Part shown: positions 17,603-27,103 of the stretch, piece by piece
Layout: every line of letters begins with the position of its first letter
Numbering within the stretch: the first letter of the stretch is position 1
Source of the DNA: Fidelibacterota bacterium
Lineage (GTDB): Bacteria; Fidelibacterota; Fidelibacteria; Fidelibacterales; DSDE01
Length of the DNA: 64,000 nt
Assembly (NCBI GenBank): GCA_046735395.1
Contig: JBJKQR010000018.1
Coordinates: 31,088-95,087, forward strand
Reading direction: 5' to 3'
Position numbers and translations under genes: made by a program
The notes under the pieces: model-generated
Database searches by the model: none
What the model was told of the DNA's origin: nothing
Seen by the model: only the letters and a program-made list of their open reading frames with translations

Positions 17603-18898
17603 TCAGAGTACATCCCGCGGATCTGTAATGCTTCCGCCCAGAGCCGACGCGGCGACAGTCAGGGGTGAGGCCAGATAGACTTCGGCGTTTTTGCTTCCCA
17701 TCCGTCCCGGGAAATTCCGGTTCGTCGTGGAAATGACCACATCCCGGTCCTGAGAACGGCCGAAGGTGTCGGAAGGTCCGCCCAGGCAGGCCGCGCAGGA
17801 CGGAGGAGCGATCTGGCAGCCGGCATCCAGCAGAATGTCGCGGATACTCTTGCCGTCAATCATCGTTTCCCCGAGCTGCCGGTTTACGGTGGTGGTCGCC
17901 GGAACGATAAAGGTGGGAATACGGACTTCCCGGCCTTTGAGCAGTTCGGCTGCCACCTGAAAATCATGGAGTTTTCCGCCGGTGCAGGATCCGATATAGC
18001 ATTTTGTAAGTGCGGTCCCGGCCACTTCACGGACCGTCGCGCAGTTGTCCGGGCTGTGGGGCTTGGCCACGACCGGTTCCAGCTTCGTGGCATCATAATG
18101 ATGAACCGAGGCGTAGACGGCATCTTCGTCGCTGCGGAATACGTCGTAATCCTTGTCGGTCCGATCCTTCAGGTATTCCAGAGTTACTGCATCTGCCTCA
18201 ATGATCCCGTTCATCCCACCGGCTTCAATGGCCATATTGCAGAGGGTCATGCGCTCTTCCATATTGAGGGATGAGATGGTGGAACCCGCAAATTCCATGG
18301 CCCGGTAGGTGGCGCCGTTGGTTCCGATGTCCCCCAGAATCCGAAGGATGAGATCCTTGGCCGTCAGATAGGACGGCAGCTCACCCTCGAAGATGAATTT
18401 CATGGATTCGGGAACCTTTTCCCAGATTTTTCCTGTACCGAGAATGAAGGCCGCATCCGTATTTCCCACGCCGGTGGAGAACAGGCCGAAGGCGCCGGAT
18501 GTACAGGTGTGGGAGTCGGTTCCGATGAGAACGGTGCCGGGCAGATTGTAGCCTTCCTGAGCCAATGCCACGTGACAGACGCCCTTGTAGCGGTCGCTGC
18601 CGACATCATAATAATTAGGAAGATCGTGTTTTGCTGCGAATTCCCGGAGTATGTCCACATTGCGCCGGGCATGGACATTTTCGGTATAAATATAATGATC
18701 CGGAAAAATGACCAGTTTCTTCTTATCCCAGATGCGGGCCTGTTTCCCGAATTCCGCGGCCCAGATCTGAACTGTAGGCGGGCCGCAGACATCGTGAGTC
18801 ATGAGCGTATCCACATTGAGCCAGATATTTTCGCCCGGGGTGACACCGTCGCGCCCGGCCGCTCTGGCCAGAATTTTCTCGGTGATCGTCATCGGCAT
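17603..18898 (-). CDS. leuC: 3-isopropylmalate dehydratase large subunit (short, archaeal-type)
   Basis: Aconitase-family motifs GTDSHTCTSGAFG, IGSCTGGK and PSCAACLGG. 431 aa. Confidence 0.85.
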   Translation of the reverse strand: MPMTITEKILARAAGRDGVTPGENIWLNVDTLMTHDVCGPPTVQIWAAEFGKQARIWDKKKLVIFPDHYIYTENVHARRNVDILREFAAKHDLPNYYDVGSDRYKGVCHVALAQEGYNLPGTVLIGTDSHTCTSGAFGLFSTGVGNTDAAFILGTGKIWEKVPESMKFIFEGELPSYLTAKDLILRILGDIGTNGATYRAMEFAGSTISSLNMEERMTLCNMAIEAGGMNGIIEADAVTLEYLKDRTDKDYDVFRSDEDAVYASVHHYDATKLEPVVAKPHSPDNCATVREVAGTALTKCYIGSCTGGKLHDFQVAAELLKGREVRIPTFIVPATTTVNRQLGETMIDGKSIRDILLDAGCQIAPPSCAACLGGPSDTFGRSQDRDVVISTTNRNFPGRMGSKNAEVYLASPLTVAASALGGSITDPRDVL

Positions 18899-18943
18899 AG
18901 TTTTTCCTTTTCTGTAATCGTGTTTTGTATGATTCCTCTTGGA

Positions 18944-20500
18944 TCAGACCTTGATCTCGTCTTCTCTGTCGAGGGCTTCCCGGACGGCATTGACCGCATT
19001 GAGATAGGCTTTTGCCGAGGCCTCAATAATATCGGTGCTCACACCGTGTCCGGAATAACTTTTATGTTCATCGCGGATACGGACGAATACTTCACCCATG
19101 GCTTCGCGTCCGGCTGTCACCGAGCGAACCTGGTAGGATTCGAGCTTGAATTCCGTTCCCAGAGCCCGGTCCAGGGCATTGAAGATCGCATCGACCGGGC
19201 CGTCTCCCGTGGCGGACTCGATTAATTCATCGCCATTGCTGGCAATATGTACGGTCGCCGTGGGAATAATGCGGGTCCCGGAATTGATCTGGAGATTCAG
19301 GAGATGCACCTTGCTCTGATCCAGTTCAGCCTTTTCTCCGATCAGGGCCAGCAGGTCGTCATCGAAGACTTCCTTCTTCTTGTCGGCCAGCTCGGTGAAA
19401 CGGCCATACAATGTATCCAGCTCGTCCTTGCCGATTTTGTAACCCAGTTCCTTCAGACGGGCTTTCAGGCCGTGACGGCCGCTGTGCCGTCCCAGGACCA
19501 GCCGGGTCTTTTTCACGCCCACCAGTTCCGGTGTCATGATTTCGTAGGTTTCACGGTTTTTCAGCATGCCGTCCTGATGAATGCCGCTTTCATGAGAGAA
19601 GGCGTTTTCACCGACGATGGCCTTGTTGGGCTGGACAATGATTCCCGAATATCCGCTGACCATCCGGGAGGTATTGAAGATCTCGGTGGTCCGGATGCCG
19701 GTCTGGTAATTCAGCAGATCCTTCCGGACCTTCAGGGCCATGACAATTTCCTCGAGTGAGGCATTCCCGGCCCGTTCGCCCAGTCCGTTTATCGTACATT
19801 CGACCTGACGGACACCGGCATCAATGGCTGCCAGACTGTTGGCCACAGCCAGTCCGAGGTCATTGTGACAATGAACGGACAATACGGCTTTGCTGATATT
19901 CGGAACCTTTTCACGAAGAGTGCGGATTTTGGACGCGAATTCTTCGGGAAGGGTATAGCCGGTCGTATCGGGAATATTGATGATGGTGGCGCCGGCTTCT
20001 ATCGCCGCTTCCACCACTTCCGCCAGATAAGCCGGATCCGTCCGGCCCGCGTCCTCGGCCGAAAATTCCACCACATCACAGAGAGTCCGGGCATAGGCCA
20101 CCGAATCCTGCGACATCCGGATCACGGTTTCCCGTTTTTCAGCCAGGCTCTGCCCGTATTTCGCATCACTGAATTTCCCGAGAATATGGTAATCCGAGGT
20201 GGAGCTGAAGGTGTGAATGCAGGCTTTTTTCGCATCCCGCAGCGCATCCCAGGCAACCTTGATATCCTGTTCACGGGCCCGGGCAAGAGCTGCCACAGTG
20301 ATACCGACTTCGGAACTGATGCGCTTGACGGCCTCAAACTGGTGGGGCGACGAGACGGGAAATCCGGCCTCAATCGTATCCACACCCAGTTTCTCGAGCT
20401 GTCTGGCGATTTCCACCTTTTCAAATACGGACAGGGAAGCTCCGGGACTTTGTTCTCCGTCCCTCAGTGTCGTATCGAAAATGATAATTCGCTCGCTCAT
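18944..20500 (-). CDS. leuA: 2-isopropylmalate synthase
   Basis: FDTTLRDGEQSPG and HCHNDLGLAVAN motifs, C-terminal LeuA-dimer domain, 518 aa. Confidence 0.85.
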   Translation of the reverse strand: MSERIIIFDTTLRDGEQSPGASLSVFEKVEIARQLEKLGVDTIEAGFPVSSPHQFEAVKRISSEVGITVAALARAREQDIKVAWDALRDAKKACIHTFSSTSDYHILGKFSDAKYGQSLAEKRETVIRMSQDSVAYARTLCDVVEFSAEDAGRTDPAYLAEVVEAAIEAGATIINIPDTTGYTLPEEFASKIRTLREKVPNISKAVLSVHCHNDLGLAVANSLAAIDAGVRQVECTINGLGERAGNASLEEIVMALKVRKDLLNYQTGIRTTEIFNTSRMVSGYSGIIVQPNKAIVGENAFSHESGIHQDGMLKNRETYEIMTPELVGVKKTRLVLGRHSGRHGLKARLKELGYKIGKDELDTLYGRFTELADKKKEVFDDDLLALIGEKAELDQSKVHLLNLQINSGTRIIPTATVHIASNGDELIESATGDGPVDAIFNALDRALGTEFKLESYQVRSVTAGREAMGEVFVRIRDEHKSYSGHGVSTDIIEASAKAYLNAVNAVREALDREDEIKV

Positions 20501-20514
20501 GATTCTCTCTCTTT

Positions 20515-21570
20515 TTATAATTCCTCAAGTATCCGTTCGGTCATGGCTGTCGTCGTGACGGTCTGTTTTCCTTCCGACCAGATATCCCGTGTCCGGTAAC
20601 CCTTCTTCAGGGCCGCGGCAATGGCATCGTCAATATTTTTACCCAGATCCGGCCGGCCGAAGCTGTGAGTGAACATCATGGCAACGGAAGCGATCATGGC
20701 GATGGGATTGGCCATATTCTGTCCGGCGATGTCCGGTGCGGATCCGTGAACCGGTTCATACAGGGCATGTTCATCACCGAGGGAAGCGGAGGGAAGCATT
20801 CCCAGCGACCCGGTAATCTGACCGGCAATATCGGAAATAATGTCCCCGAAGAGATTTGAGGTGACGACCACATCAAACTGCCGCGGATCGCGGACGATCT
20901 GCATGGCACAGTTGTCCACGTAGAGATGACGCAGTTCCACGTCCGGATATTCCGCGGCGATTTCCGTCACGATGCCGCGCCAGAATTGCGAAACGTCCAG
21001 GACATTGGCTTTGTCCACGGAGATCAGGACCTTTTTCCGTTCCATGGCGCTTTCGAAGGCCAGGCGGACAATCCGTTCCACTTCGTGGCGTTCATAGACC
21101 ATGGTATTCCAGCCACGGTCCGCATCATAACCCCGGGGTGTGCCGAAGTATATGCCGCCGGTGAGCTCGCGGAAGACAATGAAATCCGTTCCCTCGAGAA
21201 CGTTTCGCTTCAGCGAGGAGCCGTCCAGAAAATCGTTATAGACCCGCGCCGGACGGATATTCGCAAAGAGTCCCAGCTCCTTGCGAATCCGCAGAAGGCC
21301 GGCTTCGGGTTTCTGATGATGGGGAAGATCTTCCCATTTATAGCCTCCCACCGCTCCGAGCAGGACTGCCTGGGATGCGCGGCAGGCCGCAACCGTTTCA
21401 TCACTCAGAGGGGCGCCTTCCGCATCAATGGCGCAGCCGCCGATGAGACGCGTTTCCATGTCAATGGCCAGGCCTTCGCGATTAGCCACCTTGGACAGAA
21501 CCCGGACTGCAGCTTCCATCACCTCCGGCCCGATGCCGTCGCCGGGAAGCAGAACCACTTTGTGGGTCAT
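20515..21570 (-). CDS. leuB: 3-isopropylmalate dehydrogenase
   Basis: [11 protein letters not shown] and [12 protein letters not shown] motifs. 4-nt overlap with ilvC. Confidence 0.9.
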   Translation of the reverse strand: MTHKVVLLPGDGIGPEVMEAAVRVLSKVANREGLAIDMETRLIGGCAIDAEGAPLSDETVAACRASQAVLLGAVGGYKWEDLPHHQKPEAGLLRIRKELGLFANIRPARVYNDFLDGSSLKRNVLEGTDFIVFRELTGGIYFGTPRGYDADRGWNTMVYERHEVERIVRLAFESAMERKKVLISVDKANVLDVSQFWRGIVTEIAAEYPDVELRHLYVDNCAMQIVRDPRQFDVVVTSNLFGDIISDIAGQITGSLGMLPSASLGDEHALYEPVHGSAPDIAGQNMANPIAMIASVAMMFTHSFGRPDLGKNIDDAIAAALKKGYRTRDIWSEGKQTVTTTAMTERILEEL

Positions 21571-22580
21571 ACATCCACCTCTTTATGTTTGGGCTTGAGC
21601 AGCCAGCTCATCATGCCACGCAGGGCCGAACCGGTTTTTTCGATGGGGTGGGCAGCGGTCTTTTTTCTCAGAACATCCAGATTCGGCTGTCCTTCCTCAT
21701 TTTCCTTAATCCATTCCTTTGCAAAGGATCCTGTCTGAATTTCGGTGAGAACCGCTTTCATGGCTTTTTTGCTTTCTTCGGTGATAATGCGCGGGCCGCG
21801 GGTGAGTCCGCCGTATTCGGCCGTATCGCTCACGCTGTGGTTCATGCGGGCCAGTCCGCCTTCATAATACAGATCAACGATGAGTTTCAGTTCATGCATA
21901 CATTCGAAATAAGCAAGTTCGGGAGGATATCCGCCTTCGACCAGCGTTTCGAAACCGGCTTTGACCAGTTCGGCAGATCCGCCGCAGAGTACGGCCTGTT
22001 CACCGAAAAGATCGGTTTCCGTTTCGTCCTTGAAATTTGTTTCAATGACGCCGGCGCGGGTTCCGCCGATGCCTTTTGCCCAGGCCAGAGCCATGTCCAG
22101 CGTATTGCCGCTGAAATCCTGATGAATTGCGATGAGGCAGGGAACGCCATTTCCTTCCACGAAGGTACGGCGAACCAGGTGTCCCGGGCTCTTGGGGGCA
22201 ATCATCATCACATTCACGTCTTCCGGAGGCACGATCTGGCCATAGTGAATATTGAAACCGTGAGCAAAGACGAGCGTGTCTCCCTTTTTCAGCCAGGGCG
22301 CAACCTGGGCGTCATACACGGATTTCTGAGTCTGGTCCGGAAGCAGCATCATGATGGTATCTGCCCATTTGACCGCCGATTCCACATCCATGACTTCCAG
22401 ACCGGCGTCTTCCGCCTTCTTCCAGGATGCGCTGCTGCTGCGCAGGCCTACCCGCACGTTCAGTCCGCTTTCCTTCAGGTTCAGTGAATGGGCATGGCCC
22501 TGGGATCCGAAACCCAGTACGGCGATTTTTTTGTTTTTCAGGCTGTCCAGAGACGCCTCGGAATCATAAAATACTTTCAT
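21567..22580 (-). CDS. ilvC: ketol-acid reductoisomerase (class I)
   Basis: [17 protein letters not shown] Rossmann motif, 337 aa. Confidence 0.9.
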   Translation of the reverse strand: MKVFYDSEASLDSLKNKKIAVLGFGSQGHAHSLNLKESGLNVRVGLRSSSASWKKAEDAGLEVMDVESAVKWADTIMMLLPDQTQKSVYDAQVAPWLKKGDTLVFAHGFNIHYGQIVPPEDVNVMMIAPKSPGHLVRRTFVEGNGVPCLIAIHQDFSGNTLDMALAWAKGIGGTRAGVIETNFKDETETDLFGEQAVLCGGSAELVKAGFETLVEGGYPPELAYFECMHELKLIVDLYYEGGLARMNHSVSDTAEYGGLTRGPRIITEESKKAMKAVLTEIQTGSFAKEWIKENEEGQPNLDVLRKKTAAHPIEKTGSALRGMMSWLLKPKHKEVDV

Positions 22581-22588
22581 CTCAACTC

Positions 22589-23110
22589 CTATAAGGTTAA
22601 TGTGTCCAAATCATCTTTCAACTGTTTCATCTGTTCTCCGCGACGCAGAGCGACCACGCCGGAGCGGGCCATTTCCACGATGCCGTAGGGCATGAGAACA
22701 TTCACGGCTGCATTGATCTTGTCGGGCGGGCCGGTCATCTCAATCATCATGCTGCGGTTATTGATGTCCACAATAATACCCCTGAATATATCACAGATAT
22801 TTTTGATGACATCCAGCGTATGTTTCTGATAATTCACCTTGATCAGCGCCATTTCCCGCTCTACCGAATCCACGTCCGTCAGATCACGGACCTTTACCGT
22901 ATCCACGAGCCGGTTGAGCTGCTTGACCACCTGATCCACGACCTGTTCGTCGCCGGTGGTGACGATGGTCATTCGGGCCAGATCCCGTACTTCCGTTTCA
23001 CCGATGGTAATGCTTCGGAGTCGGAATCCCTTGGCGGAAAACATGGTGGCCACCCGGTCAAAGGCGCCGAACTTGTTTTCCACGAGAAGACTGATAGTGT
23101 GTTTTTTCAT
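22589..23110 (-). CDS. ilvN: acetolactate synthase small (regulatory, ACT-domain) subunit
   Basis: [20 protein letters not shown] motif, 173 aa, directly after ilvB. Confidence 0.85.
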   Translation of the reverse strand: MKKHTISLLVENKFGAFDRVATMFSAKGFRLRSITIGETEVRDLARMTIVTTGDEQVVDQVVKQLNRLVDTVKVRDLTDVDSVEREMALIKVNYQKHTLDVIKNICDIFRGIIVDINNRSMMIEMTGPPDKINAAVNVLMPYGIVEMARSGVVALRRGEQMKQLKDDLDTLTL

Positions 23111-23123
23111 GGTTGGCTCCTTT

Positions 23124-24830
23124 CTATTTCTGAACCCGGGTCAACATGTCGGAAATGGAGGCTCCTGCCGGGACCATAGGGTAGACCATGTCCTCCTTTA
23201 CCACCTTGAATTCCATGAGCACAGGCCCGTCATTCATGGCAAGTCCCTTGTCCAGGAGTGAATCCGCCGCGTCCGGCGTGTCCGCGGAAAAAGCCGGAAT
23301 ACCCAGTGCTTCCGCCACTTTTACAAAATCCGGGTTGCTGGGGCCCAGATCGGTAAAACTGTATTTTTCGGCATGGAAGAGTTCCTGCCACTGTCGGACC
23401 ATTCCCAGAAAACTGTTGTTCAGGATGACGAATTTCACCGGAAGTTTATAGTACACGGCCGTGATCAGTTCCTGAATGTTCATCTGAAAACCTCCGTCGC
23501 CGCTGATGGAAATGACCGTGGAACCCGGTTTGCCGAAGGCTGCGCCGATGGATGCGGGAACCGAGAATCCCATGGTCCCCAGGCCGCCGCTGGACAGCAG
23601 AGAGCGGGGATGGACGAATTTATAGTACTGGGCCGTCCACATCTGGTTCTGACCCACATCCGACACGATGATGGCTTCGCCCTTTGTCTTTTCGGACAGC
23701 TTCTCAATAATGTATTCACTGCGCAGGCTGCCGTCCTCTTCATAATTCAGAGGGCAGGCTTCCCGCCATTTCTGAATCTGTTCCAGCCATTCAGTGCGTG
23801 GCCGGTTTTCCTGAAGAAAGGGCAGCATATCCGCCATGATTCCCCTCACATCCCCCACGATGGGCAGATCAATAATCACATTCTTATTGATGGCGGCCGG
23901 GTCTATATCCACATGAATTTTATAGGCGTCCCGGGCAAAGGTATCCACTTTTCCGGTCACCCGGTCATCAAAGCGGGCGCCGAGCGCAACCAGCACATCA
24001 CAGCTGTTGACAGCCTGATTTGCCCAGTACATGCCGTGCATGCCCAGCATGCCCATGGAGAGCGGATGTGTACCCGGAAAGGCACCCAGCCCCTGAAGGG
24101 TCATGGTTACCGGGATATTCGCCTTGATGGCCAGATCCCGCAGCTCCTGGGCTCCATTGCTGCCGATAACGCCGCCGCCCACGTAGAGCAGGGGCCGTTT
24201 GGCTTCATTGATAATTTTCGCTGCTTTCCTGATCTGGTTGATGTGGCCGGTCATGCTCGGTTTATAGCCGCGAATATCTATCACTTCATTATCGGAGGGA
24301 TCGTAGGCTGTTTCCGCGGCGATCATATCCTTGGGCAGATCCACGACGACAGGTCCCGGCCTCCCGGTGGAGGCGATGTAGAAGGCCTTGCGGATAATCC
24401 GGGCAAAATCTTCCACGTTCCGGACCAGAAAGCTGTGTTTGGTAATGGGCCGGGTGATGCCGACAATATCGGCCTCCTGAAAGGCGTCATTACCGATCAG
24501 CTGGCTCGACACCTGCCCGGTAAAGACGACCAGGGGTGAGGAATCCATGAAGGCATTGGCGATGCCGGTTACCGTATTAGTGGCGCCGGGGCCGGACGTA
24601 ACCAGCACGACGCCGGTCTTTCCGGTCGCTTTCGCGTAGCCTTCCGCCATATGCACTGCTCCCTGCTCGTGCCGGGAAAGGACGTGGCGTATTCCTGTAA
24701 TGTCGTAGAGCTTTTCGTATATCTTCAGGGTTGCCCCGCCGGGATAGCCGAAGATAAACTCCACATTTTCGCGCTTCAAACCTTCAAAGAAGATGTCCGC
24801 GCCGCTGAGTTTCCGCTTTTCTCTGCTCAT
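23124..24830 (-). CDS. ilvB: acetolactate synthase large subunit
   Basis: ThDP motif ISGDGGFQMNIQEL. The start is trimmed to the ATG at 24830 (MSREKRKLSGADIFF, RBS AAGGAT), because the longer track ORF would overlap the ilvD stop at 24841. Confidence 0.9.
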   Translation of the reverse strand: MSREKRKLSGADIFFEGLKRENVEFIFGYPGGATLKIYEKLYDITGIRHVLSRHEQGAVHMAEGYAKATGKTGVVLVTSGPGATNTVTGIANAFMDSSPLVVFTGQVSSQLIGNDAFQEADIVGITRPITKHSFLVRNVEDFARIIRKAFYIASTGRPGPVVVDLPKDMIAAETAYDPSDNEVIDIRGYKPSMTGHINQIRKAAKIINEAKRPLLYVGGGVIGSNGAQELRDLAIKANIPVTMTLQGLGAFPGTHPLSMGMLGMHGMYWANQAVNSCDVLVALGARFDDRVTGKVDTFARDAYKIHVDIDPAAINKNVIIDLPIVGDVRGIMADMLPFLQENRPRTEWLEQIQKWREACPLNYEEDGSLRSEYIIEKLSEKTKGEAIIVSDVGQNQMWTAQYYKFVHPRSLLSSGGLGTMGFSVPASIGAAFGKPGSTVISISGDGGFQMNIQELITAVYYKLPVKFVILNNSFLGMVRQWQELFHAEKYSFTDLGPSNPDFVKVAEALGIPAFSADTPDAADSLLDKGLAMNDGPVLMEFKVVKEDMVYPMVPAGASISDMLTRVQK

Positions 24831-24840
24831 GGCTCTATCC

Positions 24841-26553
24841 TTATCTGTTCGTTTTCGGGTCTGAATTATCAAAGGCCCCGTCATTCAGGACCGCTCCCGT
24901 ATTTGCCGAGGTCACCATGCGGGCATAGCGGCTCAGATAGCCTCTGCGAATCTTGGGGACAAAGGGAGGAACGGAGGCCAACCGGCTCTGCAGTTCCTCA
25001 TCGGACAGGCGCACATTCAGCGTCTTTTCCGGAATATTCAACGCAATGATATCGCCGTTTCGAAGGGCTGCCAGCGGACCTCTGTCCGCTGCTTCCGGGG
25101 AAACATGGCCGATGCAGGCGCCGCGCGTTCCACCGGAGAAGCGACCGTCGGTAATCAGCGCAACGCTGTCTCCCAGCCCCATGCCCATGATGGCTGAAGT
25201 GGGTGACAGCATCTCCGGCATACCAGGGCCGCCCTTCGGTCCCTCATAGCGGATGACCACTACGTCACCGGCTCTGACTTCTCCCCCCATGATTCCTTCC
25301 AGCGCTTCATCCTGGCTGTCATAGATACGGGCCGGACCTTCATGCGCCATCATCTTCGGATCCACGGCTCCCGTCTTGACCACTGCTCCCAGAGGTGCCA
25401 GATTGCCGAAAAGAACGGCCAGGCCGCCGGTCTGTGAATAGGGATTGTCCAGCCGGCGGATGATCTTATCATCGCGGATTTCGGAGTTCATATAATTTTC
25501 AGCCAGTGTCCTGCCGGTAACAGTCGGCAGATCCGGGACCAGAATGCCCGGTTTACGGGACAGTTCCATCAGAATGGCCGACACGCCTCCCGCCCGATCC
25601 ACGTCCTCCATATGGACGAAGGGAGTGGAAGGGCTCACCTTACATAGATAGGGAACCCGGGAGGCCAGGTCGTTCAACTCGTGGAGATCTATCGATATGC
25701 CGGCTTCGTGGGCAATGGCCAGCCCGTGGAGAATGGTATTTGTGCTGCCTCCCATGGCCATATCGAGGGCAAAGGCGTTCATGAATGCTTCCCGGTTCAG
25801 AATATCTGCCGGACGAACATTTCTTTCAATCAGGTCCATAATCTGGCGTCCGGCCGCTTCTCCCAGGGTAAGACGGCGTCCGTCAGCCGCCGGAACCGTA
25901 CCGTTTCCGGGAAAGGCAAGCCCCAGGGCTTCCATCAGGCAGTTCATGCTGTTCGCCGTGAACATGCCGGAACAGGAACCGCAGCCCGGACAGGCCCGGG
26001 TTTCCAGTTCGAATAATTCATCTTCCGTGATATGGTTTGTCTGAAACTGCCCCACGCCTTCGAAGACGGAGATCAGGTCTATTTTTCTGCCGTCGGCGGC
26101 CGTTCCGGCCAGCATGGGGCCTCCCGAAACAAATACAGTGGGAATATTGAGACGAACCGCAGCCATGATCATGCCCGGAGTGATCTTGTCGCAATTGGGA
26201 ATGCAGACCAGGCCGTCCAGGCGATGGGCTTCGGCCACGGTTTCCACCGAGTCGGCAATCAGTTCACGGCTGGCCAGGGAGTAGCGCATACCCGGATGTC
26301 CCATGGCGATGCCGTCATCCACGCCGATAGTGTTGAACTCAAAGGGTACACCGCCGGCTTCCCGAATGGACTGCTTCACGGTCCTGGCAAAGTCCTGCAG
26401 ATGAACATGTCCGGGAATGAGTTCAACAAAGGAATTTACGACACCGATGAAAGGCTTGTCAAAATCCGCCTCGTCCCGGATGATTCCCGTTGCCCTAAGC
26501 AGACTCCGGTGCGGTGCCTTCTCGTATCCCTTTTTGACCAGATCTGAACGCAT
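24841..26553 (-). CDS. ilvD: dihydroxy-acid dehydratase
   Basis: [15 protein letters not shown] and DGRFSGGT motifs, 570 aa. Confidence 0.92.
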   Translation of the reverse strand: MRSDLVKKGYEKAPHRSLLRATGIIRDEADFDKPFIGVVNSFVELIPGHVHLQDFARTVKQSIREAGGVPFEFNTIGVDDGIAMGHPGMRYSLASRELIADSVETVAEAHRLDGLVCIPNCDKITPGMIMAAVRLNIPTVFVSGGPMLAGTAADGRKIDLISVFEGVGQFQTNHITEDELFELETRACPGCGSCSGMFTANSMNCLMEALGLAFPGNGTVPAADGRRLTLGEAAGRQIMDLIERNVRPADILNREAFMNAFALDMAMGGSTNTILHGLAIAHEAGISIDLHELNDLASRVPYLCKVSPSTPFVHMEDVDRAGGVSAILMELSRKPGILVPDLPTVTGRTLAENYMNSEIRDDKIIRRLDNPYSQTGGLAVLFGNLAPLGAVVKTGAVDPKMMAHEGPARIYDSQDEALEGIMGGEVRAGDVVVIRYEGPKGGPGMPEMLSPTSAIMGMGLGDSVALITDGRFSGGTRGACIGHVSPEAADRGPLAALRNGDIIALNIPEKTLNVRLSDEELQSRLASVPPFVPKIRRGYLSRYARMVTSANTGAVLNDGAFDNSDPKTNR

Positions 26554-26838
26554 TTTGTCTCCTTTTCAGGTTAATTCAGACATGTAACATCCGCTTTCCG
26601 GTCAACCCCGATTTCTTATTTATGTTTGTTTTGAAATGTTTTCTGGGATTGACCGACTGTATCAGCTGATAATTAGAATCAGGCCGATAATAATCAGGGT
26701 AATCTCCAGATGCTCTATAATATCTGAATGGAAATGTGTGCTGAACGCAGGAGCATGTGCCCATTCCGAACAGCCTCTGTGCTGTCTTGCGGAATATGTC
26801 GTGAAGGTCGATTTCACATTTTCTCCTGTGTATGCATA

Positions 26839-26867
26839 AACATACGAGAAAGTGAAATTCATGTCAA
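26839..26867 (-). promoter_or_regulatory. candidate sigma70-like promoter of the ilv-leu-cimA operon
   Basis: On the minus strand: TTGACA (26867..26862), a 17-nt spacer, then TATGTT (26844..26839). It is unknown whether this lineage uses this consensus. Confidence 0.3.
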
Positions 26868-27103
26868 GCTTTAATTAGTTCACACAGTGAATTTTCTACA
26901 AATAGAAACACAACCTGAAGGAAAAATCGGCCGATTGCCGTGAAATCCGGCCGGATTTTATTTAGTAGCAGTTTGAAAATCTCTGTATTAACTTTAAGTG
27001 AAAGGTGTAAGTATGCTGATAATAAGGAGAAAATTGGTCTTGATAATGGCGAAATCGGAATTATATCAGATCAATAGGTATTCCGGAATTTTGCAGAGAC
27101 ACA

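Noticed and set aside
24831-24884. N-terminal extensions given by the ORF track for ilvB (to 24884), uvrA (from 56970), topA (to 15163, a TTG), the ROK kinase (to 47461), the parvulin (to 34598) and the Ca-loop protein (from 31739)
   Set aside because: In each case an internal ATG has a Shine-Dalgarno-like sequence and restores the canonical family N-terminus or signal peptide. The ilvB extension would also overlap the ilvD stop.
26554-26661. A classical intrinsic attenuator (GC stem plus U-run) between the Ile/Leu-rich frame and ilvD
   Set aside because: I could not find a convincing stem-loop followed by a T-tract on the minus strand in these 108 nt, so canonical attenuation is not claimed.
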